From NCBI GenBank assembly GCA_051294375.1, contig CM119265.1, positions 4,791,192 to 4,855,191 of the forward strand: a stretch of 64,000 nt of DNA. The letters are read 5' to 3'. Each line of letters begins with the position of its first letter. Position 1 is the stretch's first letter. Under the pieces are notes generated by a model, which saw only the letters and a program-made list of their open reading frames with translations, had not been told where the DNA came from and did not search any database. The DNA comes from Paraspadella gotoi (taxonomy: Eukaryota > Animalia > Chaetognatha). The translations under genes and the position numbers were made by a program. Shown here one piece after another: positions 26,838 through 40,830 of this stretch.

Positions 26838-27887
26838 CTTTCAATTAGAGTTGAGACGCAGGTGTTTTTCGAATCCATCGCCTCGACTTCTGATTAGCCA
26901 ATGACTAAGGAACGAACGAGACACAGATTAAGTTTTAATGTTATAGTTTTACGATTATTGATTCGTAGGCGAAAGTTGTTGTTTTTTGTTGTTGTTGTTG
27001 TTGCTTAGTTAATAGCCACTATTTCCCACGTTACCGTCAGTTTTAAAGCGATGATAATAAATTATCAGGGGAACGTTAGTTTTCTTTTTAAAAATCGGTT
27101 CTCCCCAACCTAATTAGAAATCCTTTGATCTTCCCTTCGTTTCGTCTCGATTTTGCATACAATATTTGTCTCTCGAGCGAATTCTTTCTCTTTTATGCAG
27201 TAGCGCCCCCTTTTCCTCCCCCTCCTCCATCTCCTCCCCGAAAAAAAAATGGCCGAATAAATTGTCTCTTAGATTTATCGCCTAATCAGAGCGAAGCGGA
27301 GCCCATTGTGCCAAACTATGGACGTGCGTCTCTCGGCTTGTGCGCCGTAGTTCTATTCTTTTTCTCCCCTTCTTTCATTCTACCTTTCTTCTCTTTTTAC
27401 CTTTTATTGCGTCACTACTTTTTTTTCTTTTCTCTTTCTCCCTACCTCTCACCTTCTCTTCTTTTTGTGTTAATTCTCCTTTCCTTATTTATTTCTTACC
27501 ATCTTCCATTCTCTTCCACGTCTCATTTCACTCTCGTATTCCACTATTTTTCTGTCTCCTCGTTTCCTCTTTTCATTTTCCCTCATTCTCCCTTACCCTC
27601 CCTTACTCTCCCTTACCCCACCGCTAACTCACAACACCCCCCCACCCCCACCCCTGTCTCTTCCGAATTTACATTTTTCCCTTTTGAGCGAAGAGACTTT
27701 TGACGTTCCGCATCTCATTAAGACACAACAACTTTTTTTCTCTCTCTCCCCGTTTTTTTTTTTTTTTTTTATTTCACTCGCCGCTTCACTTATTCTTTCT
27801 CGGCGCCGATTCCATTTGCATTCGACGGGGAATTCCGGAGGAGGAGAACTCCCCTTTTTTGTTCTTTGAAGAAGCTCGTCTCTCTCT

Positions 27888-27957
<70 letters not shown>

Positions 27958-29193
27958 TCTTCAAAAGAACCTGGAAGAAGGAACTTGTACCCGAACGAAT
28001 TAACTCTCGCTAGTATTGTTTTATGAAGCGCATCGCTGGACTGTTGGATTAACCAGAAGGCGGCTCAGCTGGAGAGAGAGAGCTACTTAGTCCATCTTTT
28101 CTTCTCATTCCCAAAGGTCACGATTTTTAGTATCATCCGGGAGAGATGGAGATACCAAGATATGNNNNNNNNNNNNNNNNNNNNNNNNNGGAGAGCGAGT
28201 AAACCGGTGAATTAAGACATTCGTCTCAATCCCCAACAGATCCCCATCTCTCCTTTCAAAATCCCCAATCCCCAATCCCCAATCCCCCTCCTCTTTTTTA
28301 CGGTGAGGAAGAGGGGCAGAGTAAGTTCCTGATTTATGCCTCCTTCCCAATCCTTGCCAACTCATTGTAATTGTCTCTCTCGCGTTTTAAAAACTTAAAA
28401 AGAGTTAACTCGCTCTCGTTAACTCTAGTCTCTATTTCCAGGAAGTTTAGACGCGAATATATTAGTTTAAAATCCTATATACATTTCCGAGAGGGCTGGA
28501 ATTAGTCTTGATAAATATTGAACGAGTTAAACTAATTTTCTATTTCCTTTTTTTTTTTTGCAACCTTCCCCTCTCTTTTCCCGCCATCTCACGGAAATTC
28601 TCGTTAACCAGGTAAGAGAATCATTTTTTTAAACGTTTNNNNNNNNNNNNNNNNNNNNNNNNNNNNNNNNNNNNNNNNNNNNNNNNNNNNNNNNNNNNNN
28701 NNNNNNNNNNNNNNNNNNNNNNNNNNNNNNNNNNNNNNNNNNNNNNNNNNNNNNNNNNNNNNNNNNNNNNNNNNNNNNNNNNNNNNNNNNNNNNNNNNNN
28801 NNNNNNNNNNNNNNNNNNNNNNNNNNNNNNNNNNNNNNNNNNNNNNNNNNNNNNNNNNNNNNNNNNNNNNNNNNNNNNNNNNNNNNNNATCGGTGTTCGA
28901 TCGGCTTTTCCTCAAGGATATATCTAAACATTGAAATAAATTGAATTAAGGATTCATCTTGTTTTTTATTTCTTCAATAACAACCCAAAGGTTTTTTTCG
29001 GTACCTGAAAGAGGTTAGCGCCCTATTCCACCCGATAAAAAATATATAAAAAAAAAACAAAGAAATGAAATCCAAAAGCTGAATTAAGACAGTCTAAGAA
29101 TTCTTTTTCTTTCTGTCCAATACTCGCACCTCAGCTGTTCGGCCTTTAAGCTTAATTCCGAGACTCGCGAGTCCCGGGGAGCAGCTGCTCAAC

Positions 29194-29302
29194 ATCCATC
29201 CATCCATCTATCCATCAAACTCACCATCCATCCATCTTTTCTTTCATTCATCGATTCATTCATATTTTCATTGATATTTTCATTCATTCATTCATTCATT
29301 TA
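29194..29302. repeat. Degenerate (CATC)n/(CATT)n tetranucleotide tract
   Basis: catccatccatcc... followed by cattcattcattcatt. Confidence 0.8.
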
Positions 29303-29367
29303 TTCCTTAATTCATATTTAAGTTCACTTGTGAACAATGTTCAGTTTTCAAAGCAGGGCACGCTCGC

Positions 29368-29432
29368 CTCAAATGACAGAATTTTACTTCAGCATAAACT
29401 CAAATGACAGAATTTAACTTCAGCATAAACTC
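29368..29432 (+). repeat. 31-bp tandem duplication
   Basis: ctcaaatgacagaattt(t/a)acttcagcataaa occurs twice in a row. Confidence 0.85.
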
Positions 29433-31180
29433 GCCTCGCCTCCTCTGAACTCCCTTACCATTTTGCCGCTCATTCTACCCCACCTTCTTCCCCCCACCTT
29501 ACACCTCTCACCTCACCTAATTTCACCTCATCTCACCCGGTCGCGCGACCCTTGACCCTAAAAACGAATCAATTTCAATTTTTTTTTCTATGAATCTTTT
29601 TTTTTTTTCGGTTTCTGCCAGGTCGGAGAAGGAATGTTTTAAAGGTGAAAGGTAATGGGATGAGGCGATTTGGGGACTGGGGGTGACGAGGCTGGAATGT
29701 TTTGGCCATAGGGGTGACAATTTTGAATTTTACGACTAAGTGGGTTTATAACGAAATATTTCAAGGTAAAAAATGTCGATTTTATGTAGGTAATGAGATT
29801 GAATGAAAATTTAAGGTACGATTATAAAAGATAAGTCTGTGATCGAGAAAATGGATGTTTATATGGACGCGGAACCTATCGCCAAGGGGGACTTTTGATC
29901 GAGAGAGAAAGAGAGAGAGAGAGNNNNNNNNNNNNNNNNNNNNNNNNNNNNNNNNNNNNNNNNNNNNNNNNNNNNNNNNNNNNNNNNNNNNNNNNNNNNN
30001 NNNNNNNNNNNNNNNNNNNNNNNNNNNNNNNNNNNNNNNNNNNNNNNNNNNNNNNNNNNNNNNNNNNNNNNNNNNNNNNNNNNNNNNNNNNNNNNNNNNN
30101 NNNNNNNNNNNNNNNNNNNNNNNNNNNNNNNNNNNNNNNNNNNNNNNNNNNNNNNNNNNNNNNNNNNNNNNNNNNNNNNNNNNNNNNNNNGAGAGAGAGA
30201 GAGAGAGAGAGCTGCGGAAAATGTCAAGGTAATCGATACACTTGCTCGAGTTTAATCAATAAATTCTCTATTCCAGGATTTGGGTTAATTCTTACGAGTG
30301 ACTCATGTGCCGCCTGCAAGTCTCTCTTTTCGCCAATTAGTTTATATTCACCGGTTCCTCCATCCTCTTTCCAGTCCGCCAGTCGGTTCGCTTGTCTCTT
30401 ATTTGTACATCTGTCCGTACGTCTCCTCGTCCCGTTTTCCCGATTGAATTCTGCTTTGTTTTGATAGAGTTATTCGGCGTCGTGCTTCGTCAGGACTCGA
30501 GACTTCCCGTTGATTTCATTTCCTTTCCTTTTCTCTTTAATCGTTTCGAAGAATCTTTTTAAATCCTTATTCTCTCTCTCTCTCTCTCGATCATATCCTC
30601 GTCTTTATCTCTCATTTCGATCTCTCGATTTTCTCGCTGATCGAACGAGATAGCCTCTTTATATATTCAGTTTTGGCTCTAAATTCTCTCGATCGGTTGC
30701 TAGTTTGACTTTCTACTTCTTTAATTTTATTTAAATCCTTTATTCAAATATTTTATTACTTCACAAAAAAAGCCCTCGAGAAAATCTTTTGAGAAATTGC
30801 GCAGAAGGATATAATTTTTTTATTTTTTAGCAAATCTTGAAAATAACCTAACGTCGATAGGAAAAAGAAAGAGAGGCTGATCGAATTTGCATCTGGGAAC
30901 CCGATTTCCCTTCATTTTTCTCTTTCTTTTTTCCTTTTTTCAATTTCTCAGCATTTTTTCCGCTTCGATGCAAATTTGAAGGAAAAATGCGAAAAAACGA
31001 CGTCAAGATCGAAGAAAGTCCTTTTTCTATTTTAATTTTCTTTTTTCTTTATTTTTCTTCTTCTCATTTTCCTTCTTTTTTTTCGTTCGGATGAATTTTT
31101 GATTGAAAAGAAATTTCCTCCTGTTTTCCAATCACAGATTCTTCAAGGCAAGAGAGAGTTCTGTCGGGGGTGGTCACTGA

Positions 31181-31225
<45 letters not shown>

Positions 31226-31621
31226 AGAGCCTTGGTCTTACACCACTGTGACTTTCCATGATCGACAAAACGAGAGATCCGAGATGATATCTGCATCAGG
31301 GGTCAAACTCTTGTTGTCTCGGGTCAACTCCATATTCTTGAAAGAGAAAAAAAAAGAAAGAAAGAAAGAGGCTTCAGTATGAAATCATTTCAGATTATGT
31401 GACGACGATGACAGAAGCAATTGCGGTTTCCTGTGTGGGGGAAGTTAGCGGGGGACGATGAGGACGACGACGACGACGACAACGACGACGAGTCGGTTCC
31501 CTTTTTTTCCTTTTTTTCCATTTCCTGTTTTTCTTTTTTTCTTTTCCAAAACGTGTTACCATCTGGAGGATATAATTATTGGACATAACGATTTCTCCTT
31601 GTGGCGGCGGAGGAGAGAGAT

Positions 31622-31656
<35 letters not shown>

Positions 31657-33703
31657 TGACGAAGAAGATGAGAGAAGCAGGAGAATAAAAAGGATGACTT
31701 GATGATTTTCGTGTCAGAGTCGAAGGAAGGATTACTATTGTCTCGCTCGGGATAAAAGGTTTTTTTTTTCTTCAGTTTCCGTCTCTGGAGCCTCTTCTTT
31801 CTTTCTCTTCTGTCTTTCTTACTTTTTATCTTCAAGGTCTTTATCTATTTTTTGTTTCTATCTTTACAAACTTATTTTTATTTTTTCCCCCTTTTTTTCA
31901 TTTTTATCCTATTCAAAGTAAGAGCGAGATAGTATAATTAGTATAATTATATGGCTTAACATATCGACTCTCTATCTGACTCTATTTCTATCTCCCTTTT
32001 CTCTCTCAAGAGCTTTCTAACTCTCTCTCTATCCCTCTCCACGCTTTTGTTCACTTTCCATTCTTTCAGTCGTTTTCTCTTTCTCCCCCTCACATATTGA
32101 ATTAGCCCTCAACTATCATTACGCAATTAAGATCTTGAGATCCAAAGAATTACTCNNNNNNNNNNNNNNNNNNNNNNNNNNNNNNNNNNNNNNNNNNNNN
32201 NNNNNNNNNNNNNNNNNNNNNNNNNNNNNNNNNNNNNNNNNNNNNNNNNNNNNNNNNNNNNNNNNNNNNNNNNNNNNNNNNNNNNNNNNNNNNNNNNNNN
32301 NNNNNNNNNNNNNNNNNNNNNNNNNNNNNNNNNNNNNNNNNNNNNNNNNNNCGTTTTGTCTCCCAACTGTTTTCACGCTCCGCCTCTCATGAAAATTTAG
32401 CTCCTCTTTCTTTCTTTATGATAATTTTTTAAAAAAAGGAAGATTTATCGAGTAATGATAATTGAGTTCGAATCGATGGCCGGAGGTCGAAGACCTGACC
32501 TTTGATTCCACAAAGAAAAAAAAGAGGAAAAACTAAAAAAAACCTTAAAAAAAATTAATTTTAGAAAAATTCAAGAAATCTAAACAAAAGATTTTCACTT
32601 TTTATTTCAGAATCGGCCGTCTTTTGTTTTTACCTTTTTTTTTNNNNNNNNNNNNNNNNNNNNNNNNNNNNNNNNNNNNNNNNNNNNNNNNNNNNNNNNN
32701 NNNNNNNNNNNNNNNNNNNNNNNNNNNNNNNNNNNNNNNNNNNNNNNNNNNNNNNNNNNNNNNNNNNNNNNNNNNNNNNNNNNNNNNNNNNNNNNNNNNN
32801 NNNNNNNNNNNNNNNNNNNNNNNNNNNNNNNNNNNNNNNNNNNNNNNNNNNNNNNNNNNNNNNNNNNNNNNNNNNNNNNNNNNNNNNNNNNNNNNNNNNN
32901 NNNNNNNNNNNNNNNNNNNNNNNNNNNNNNNNNNNNNNNNNNNNNNNNNNNNNNNNNNNNNNNNNNNNNNNNNNNNNNNNNNNNNNNNNNNNNNNNNNNN
33001 NNNNNNNNNNNNNNNNNNNNNNNNNNNNNNNNNNNNNNNNNNNNNNNNNNNNNNNNNNNNNNNNNNNNNNNNNNNNNNNNNNNNNNNNNNNNNNNNNNNN
33101 NNNNNNNNNNNNNNNNNNNNNNNNNNNNNNNNNNNNNNNNNNNNNNNNNNNNNNNNNNNNNNNNNNNNNNNNNNNNNNNNNNNNNNNNNNNNNNNNNNNN
33201 NNNNNNNNNNNNNNNNNNNNNNNNNNNNNNNNNNNGAGAGAGAGAGACAGGGTAACAGTCTCAAATGCAGACAGACAGAAAGACTGAGAGACCAAAAAAA
33301 AAATCATTCACGTAAAGAGAGAGAGAGAGAATTGCTATTTAGCTTTCTATTGTTTTTTTTTAAAAAAGTATTAATTTTTATTTTCCATTGAATTTAATTA
33401 ATTCTGTTTCGGTTTGGCACCATTCTCGAGTCGCGTCCCACGCCGATGAAAAATGAACCGCGAGAAAAGCGATACGGTCTTCGCCTTTTCGAGTGGATTT
33501 TTTTAAGTGGTTCGAAAGATACCAAACTCGTCCACAGTGGGTTTTTTATAATCTCGGCAAATCTCGGCACCTGCCACAACACTTCGTTAAACAGTTTTGT
33601 TGTTCTTCAATCGATCAATCAATCAATCAAATATTTTCGTCGTCTTAGTCGGCGGGAATCCAACTTCAAAATTCTAATTTCTTCTCTGAGCTCTCTCTCT
33701 TCG

Positions 33704-33751
<48 letters not shown>

Positions 33752-33757
33752 CTACTC

Positions 33758-33792
<35 letters not shown>

Positions 33793-34019
33793 CTCCCAAA
33801 TTGGCGAGATGGAATTAGTGACGCGAATGGTGTGACAGCTCGAAGGTTCGGAGAGATTATGAAAGGTAACAACTCCTCCAGGCGAAAGAATGTCGCGTGC
33901 CGATCGGCATGTATTTGCGGGGGGGGGTCTCCCCGCGACCAACGCTCAGCAAACAGTTTGCTTTCTCAATCGAAATACGAGAATAAATAATGGCAGCACT
34001 ACGCACCCTTTTTATCTCT

Positions 34020-34055
<36 letters not shown>

Positions 34056-35539
34056 TCTCTCTCTCCTCTCTCTCCCTCTCTCTCTCTCTCTCCTCTTCTT
34101 CTCTCTGTTCTTTGGGCGCCCAGGATGATAAATTTAAAAAACAAGGTCCACCCTCCAATTTTTGTCTTCGTTCCTCATTTTCTCAACGGGGCTTTTGACA
34201 AAAGGTGATCTATTCGTCCTTGATCGCTACTCACTTCACTTCACACTTGAAATCCTCGCGACGGTCGCAGTCAATCGCGAGGGGTGGTTGGGTGTGTCGA
34301 AGGGGGTCCTGTTTTTGGGTGGTTCGGTGACAAAGAGGTCGTCTGGTCGTCGGTACATCGAGATTTCGTGTTTCTTTCCTCGTCACAAAGGATCTTCTCT
34401 TTCTCGATGACAAAAGGAAACTAAACTCACCCTTTACAAAGAATCGGTTCCCCTACAAAACTTGTAACCCTTTAATCCTTTCTTCTGTATTCTTCGTCTT
34501 CGTCGTCGTCGTCGTCGTCGTCGTTAATGTCTTCATCGTCATCCCCGTCAGGATTTTTCCCCCTCAAAACGTCGAGACTTTAATGTATCGATCGAGTCTT
34601 AGTTTTTAAAAAAGTTTTGACTTTTACTACGAGCTCTCATCGCGATGGAAAAAAATGTAATTGGAAAGAAATTTAAAATTAAATTGAATTAAATGCAGAT
34701 TCGTTGCCCCATGCCAAACTGCGTATCAATATTATTGATAAGAAAATGTTTATTCTTAAACTCTCAATATCACTTCTACATTCTACATTTATGTCAAATA
34801 CTTTTGACAATTTCATCCTTACAATCAAATCCCACAAAAAAAATCGGACAAAAAGCCAAAAGAATTTTCCCCAAGAAGTTAATAGAATTAAGGACCTTTT
34901 GTTGTTTAAAAAAAAACTGTTCGGGCGAACCAAAATCACAAAGCGGATATTCACGTATCAGTGACAATGTCACGTTCTGTCACGATCCAGTCTCGCCAAA
35001 ACCTTCAGGCGCAATTTCCTTCTCGATAACGCTGTCACCATTCGAGTAATAAATGATCTTTGAGACGAATTCAAATTCAAAGAAATATTTTAAAAAGTCA
35101 CATTTTAAAACTGAAGAATGAGCCGGGAAATACGAGACGAGACTCGAAAAATCCAGGATATATATTTTAATTTCCGCTCCTTGAGTTAAGCCTCAAAAGA
35201 TGTTCCCTGCCAAAACTAGCGACTCCATTTTAAAAATACTTGCAGACTCTTAACGACGACGGCGACAATGAAAACGACAACGACGACGATAATTCCTACC
35301 CGATAATTCGTCGCGGATTGGGAAGGCGTCCGACTCCCGGCCGCGTCTCTTGTTTTCCCCCGGACTCCGTCGGGAGTGGAGGAGGTGGGTGGGGGATGGG
35401 GATGTGGTGGGGGGGTGGGACATTAATCTCCATCAAATTTCGAAATCAACGTCGAACCTTTCGATTCTCATCCAAACTTTTATTTGCACAAATTTTCGGC
35501 TTCAAAATCCCCAAAACCTTTTATTTGCACAAATTTTCG

Positions 35540-36140
35540 GAAAGTCAAACGGTTTGAGCGGATTAACACGTGGGCGGGTACGGCGACCGCATTCGGGTGG
35601 GGTGGAGCGTTTGTGCGCTGGACGGTGCTTTTTGTAGCTGAAGACGCTGGTGCTAGGTCGAGAGAGAGAGAGAGAGAGCGGAAGCAGAGAGAGACGATGA
35701 GAGTTGGAGAGAGAGGGGTTCGGGNNNNNNNNNNNNNNNNNNNNNNNNNCAAGTCAAACGGTTGAGTGGATTAAGTCACTGGGCGGGGTACGGAACGATT
35801 CGGGTGGTGGCAGCGTTTTGTGCGTCGGAGCGTGCTTTTTGTCAGAGCAGACCTCGCGTGTAGCCGAGGAGAGAGAGAGAGAGTGGAGCAGAGAGAGACG
35901 ATGAGAGTGCGGAGAGAGAGGGGCGGGGTAAAGGTTGAACGAAATAGTTGGTTTCAAACTCGCTCGGATCTATTCTGTGTTTTTCCGGTTTCAAACGAGT
36001 GAATCGTGTCGGTATTTTTGTTTTGGAGAATATATTTTTGTGGAAAGGTTGAACGAAAGTGGTTTCAAACTCGTCGGATCATTCTGTGTTTTCGTTTCAA
36101 ACGAGTGAATCGTGGGTATTTTTGTTGGAGAATATATTTG
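35540..36140 (+). repeat. Two adjacent tandem duplications (about 35540-35724 with 35750-35930, and about 35931-36045 with 36046-36140)
   Basis: aagtcaaacggt...gcagagagagacgatgagagt is repeated across a 25-N gap. aaggttgaacgaaa...ggagaatatattt is repeated, with one copy carrying many single-base insertions. Confidence 0.8.
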
Positions 36141-36547
36141 GTATTTTGGTTTTCTCTCTCGCTCAAACTATCTGTCTCTCTCTCTCTCTCTTGCTCAAAC
36201 CGTGTCTCTCTCTTCAGCTCTCTCAACGTCTTCCCACTCTCCCGAGACGAGGGTTAACCGCATTTTCTACCGACGTTCGAGATTACGAAGTTTCGACGTT
36301 ATCTACGACATCGTTCGTTACACAAAGATGGGAGTTTTAAGACTTTTTCGGATGGCGAGGAAGTTTTTAACCTTCTTCCAAAAACAAAATAAATAAATGA
36401 ACAAAAAAACAACTGTCGCGTTCTTTCGAGGGGGCTCTTCCCTCATTTATTTACGGCCCGTTTTTATGACGGGCGAGAGTAAAGAGAAAGCTACGGAGAG
36501 AAAGTAATGAAGAAGAGAGACAGTTGAAATAGAAAATAGCTGCGAGT

Positions 36548-36672
<125 letters not shown>

Positions 36673-37597
36673 TCATTGTTCTCCGCCTAAAATTTGCGCA
36701 GGGACGTGTTAACATGAAGTCAAACATGAATCACCGCATTTCTCTCTTTCTTTCTCTCATTTTTCTCTTTCTTTCTCTCTTTCTCTCTGCACTAATCAAC
36801 CAACACTCCGTATTTAACTCTTTTTGTCTATCCACATTCTTTAGCTGTTTTGTTCAATTTAGTTTTTTGCGTCGAGACGACGAACAATTTGACATTTAAA
36901 AATATTTTCTGTCGGACGGTGCATTCTTGCATTGCGAGAGAAGAGAGAGAGAGACGATATGAGAGAGAGGAGAGATGATGAGAGGACGAGAGGAAGAGAG
37001 AGAACGAGAGATGAGAGAGAGGAGATGAGGGACGAGAGAGAGAGAGAGCGAAGTGATGCGGTTTATTATCTAAGAAAGAAATCAAATCGTATATATCGGT
37101 GGGTATGGAAATTCTTTTTGATCCCGGGTGATGGTAGCCAGTTGAGAATTTTTCATTGAGATCCGCGATGCGATTGTGAATCATTATCGTCATCATCTCC
37201 CCGAGGGATTCGCTTCATCATCTTCATCATCATCGTCATCATCATCTTTTTTCTTTTCAAAGAAATCGATATGATTTCCCCAGTAGCGCGGGGTACAGAG
37301 AGAACACACAGATACGCATCTCTTAGTAAAAACAGGCTTCTCGCAGCGTGAGGATGTGTGTACACTAGTTCTTTTTGGTCGGGGGGAGGGAGATTTTTCT
37401 TGTTGTTGTCGTCGTTTCCAGCCTGAGAAAAAAAGATGTTAGCTTGGCTTGACTCGACCCATTAACCATTAACCATTAAACGTTAACCATTTCGCTGGAC
37501 GGTTTTTTTCCTTTTATCGACGAAAAACGAAATAAACAATTTTAAAATAAAGAAGGGATTTTTTTAGGTCGATTGACTCGAATTACTGGAACTTCGA

Positions 37598-37661
<64 letters not shown>

Positions 37662-38207
37662 AATTTTCTCTCTCCCTTAATTTCGCACGCTCGCCCTTAA
37701 TTTTTTCAATCTTTTCTGTTTTTTCTTCCTTGAATTAGATTATTTTCTTTTTCCTTCCCACTTTTTTTTTTATACCAGCTCAGCTTTTCTGCTCTCTTTC
37801 TCTCTCTCTCTCCCCCTTTTTTTGAACCACCGACTCGTTAGCATATTAAATATTTTTTGTTTACTTTTTGCTACGGTTTTTGTTTTTATTTCTTTTTTTT
37901 TTTTTTTTTGTCCGTTGGGGTCGCTTCGCTTTTTAGTCAGCGTTTCGTGTCGCGAAGGAAAGAGTTTTGCGGGACGCGTCGTGGAGGCACAACTTTCCTC
38001 ACACTTTGCGCTTTTAAAGTGACACATGACTGACCGACCCACTTCACCTACACCACTCACTCGCTCTCATCTCCACCCACCAATGACCGGGAACATTTTT
38101 CAGGCGAAAATCTCTCCTTGCGATCAGCGTCGGCCGACGTAGACAATGACGAGCGGAAAATGTATAGAAGTTTTAATAAATATAAAAAAAGGAGAAAAAC
38201 AGGTGCT

Positions 38208-38247
<40 letters not shown>

Positions 38248-38574
38248 TTTTAACTGTCAGTGTTATCTGTGTTGTCTTATAAGAACTTCTGATTTCCACT
38301 TGCCCTTATTATAATACTAAAATTTGAACTCTCGCTTTGGTTCGAGTCTTTGATATCTTAAATTAACTTCCATTGCCCGAACGACTCTTTCTCCCAAGTC
38401 CTCAAGAGTCAAAAACAAAAAAAGGCCCCGGCCCTGCGGCCCAGTGGCCTTCTGCCAAAGGGGATCGTGGCCCTGAGGTGGTGACCTCAAATGAGTCTTA
38501 ATTTCCCGACGAAGAAACAATAATTCGCCTCAATTTATCCCTCGTCGAACGTTCAAAACTCAATGCCAAAGGCG

Positions 38575-38621
<47 letters not shown>

Positions 38622-40024
38622 ATTACTCGCGATGACGAAAGCGGGAAAGAAAAAGAAAACAAAGAAAGGGAAGGGAGAAAGAAGGCTGTGAAAACGATCA
38701 GGGACTTTTTCTCTGGCGTCTTAATTTATCCAACTCAGACTGTCAAAGTCGTTAAGACAAAAAAAAAAGACGCTTAGACGGAGATTCGATCCCTGGACAT
38801 TTTCGCTTTTTAACGATTTGGATTCTCGAATCTCGACCAACTTTTAAAAATGATCTTTCGAAATTTTTTTCTGAGGCCCACTTTTGAGAAATGGAAAGTC
38901 TGCACAAAGTGCAACGTCCCTCCTCACCCTCTCATTTCTGATTCCGACAAACGTTTACGATCTTAGATTGCGATTGTTAAAAGAAAGCGAGAGAGAGAAA
39001 GACGGAGAGCGAGAGGAATTACGGAAAGGGAAAACAAAAAGCGAGAGAGAGAAAAATCATTCGCTTCGTTGGACCGAGACAAAGGCCCAGAAAATGTCGG
39101 GAGCCACAAATTTAAAAACGAAACTTGTCTCCGTCGTCGTCGTCGTTGTCGTCGTCGTAGTCATTGTTGTTGTTATTCGTCTGTTGACTTCGTCCTAATT
39201 CTTTTTCCTTCGCTGCCGTTTTGTTGTTGTCGTTATTCTTTCTCCTTTCACCCTGAACCCGACAGCTTGGTCGTTTACCTGTCGCGACTCTCCAACGAAG
39301 CCCCTGACGTTGCCTACGGAGGGTTCGCCGACCGACGACGCCGCTCCTGCTGCTGCCGCCGCCGCCGCCGCCGCCGCCGCTTCCCCCCCCCTTTAAACCC
39401 CGTATACCTGTCGAGATTTTATGTCATCTCCGAACGAAGTTAGGATGGACCTCGACAAAGAGGCAACAACGACTCATCCTTAGACTTAGGGATGTTGTTG
39501 ACGATTGGAGGTCTTCTGAAATCGATTTTTAGAAATTTTAACGCGATTCTTTCGTCGACGACAAGTTAAGGGTAACGTTTTTCAATTAAATTTAATTAGT
39601 GCCCTTTATCTGAGCGTTTTCTTTCTATTTTCCATCACGTCGCTTCTCTATCCTCGTAGATTTCGAGATATTCCCGCCAAACTCATTTCCTTCGGTCTCT
39701 TCGTTCCTTTCCTCGAATGACTCCGTTCTCCTTCCTCCTCTCTCTTCATCACTCACCCGACGCAGACAGAGGCGACAGTGTCTCTGTCTCTCTCTCGTTC
39801 GCCCGTCTCCAACTCTCGAGTCAACGCCATCTGTCGTTCGTTTCCGGCGGGGAGAAAATGAGAGCGAGAGAGAGACGTAGTGGGTGATGATGATGACGAT
39901 TGCGTAGATGAAAAAAAAAGCGTGAATATTAAAAAAAAAGAGAAAGATGATTATGAAAGGAAAAAAAATATATTCAGAAGGGAGAAAAAACTCAATGCAT
40001 TGATAAAAGGGAACGAGATGTATT

Positions 40025-40096
<72 letters not shown>

Positions 40097-40539
40097 ACGG
40101 TGAATCCAAAGCGCCTATTTTTTTTCCTCCAGAGTTGAAAGAGCTTTTTCGTTTAAGCGAAAGGAAAAGTTCTGAATCCAGGATTTTATGATAATGACGA
40201 CGATGGAAAAAAAAAAGAAGAAGAGAAAAAAAAAACTCTCGCCATTGGGAGACGAGGATAGACATTAGGAGTTAAAGAGAAGGAATGAGACTAGGGAATA
40301 AAAAGAAAACATGGAATGAATAAAAGTGAATTTAAAGTTATCGAGGGAGTACGAAAAATAGAGAATCATCGAGAAGAAATTAAGGTACTAATTAGTTAGT
40401 ATTAGTTGTCATATCGTTCTCACTATGCGAATAACTTGTATGAAACTCGCTATGCTATTCGCGTGCCCACCGAAGGAAAGAAACCGAAAGTCGGAGAAAG
40501 GATTAGGGTAAGAAACGATTCGGGAATATTTCGACGTCC

Positions 40540-40830
40540 CGACCGTCCATCTTCCTTTACGTCCCGCCCTCTCGCGTCGCCCATTTGCGTCAAACGATAA
40601 GAGAACTGAAAATATACGCGTCTCAGCTGTTCACGCTCCTTTTCGCTCGTTGGAGATTTTTTTTTCCACGCGCATGCGCGGGAGAGAAAGAGGCGTCGTT
40701 CGACGAGACGAGTGAACAGGCGACGTTCGGTTCCACTCGACGCCAAATTTCCGATTCCACTTCCGGTTTTCCGCTTCTCCGCCTTTTTTTTTATTCCAGA
40801 TGGCGCCAGAGAAGCGACGTCCTCTTAGTT
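40540..40830. promoter_or_regulatory. Candidate intronic cis-regulatory cluster (NRF1/EWG-like, ETS-like and CTCF-like motifs)
   Basis: The cgcgcatgcgcg palindrome at 40669-40680, cacttccgg at 40758-40766 and ccagatggcgcca at 40796-40808 lie within a CpG-rich patch. These are motif matches only. Confidence 0.35.

Noticed and set aside
28259-28288. (AATCCCC)n heptamer resembling bacterial STRR or telomeric repeats
   Set aside because: There are only about four units in eukaryotic intronic context, so it is an ordinary microsatellite.
38770-38800. gattcgatccc resembling a tRNA T-loop or B-box
   Set aside because: No cloverleaf or A-box could be built around it.
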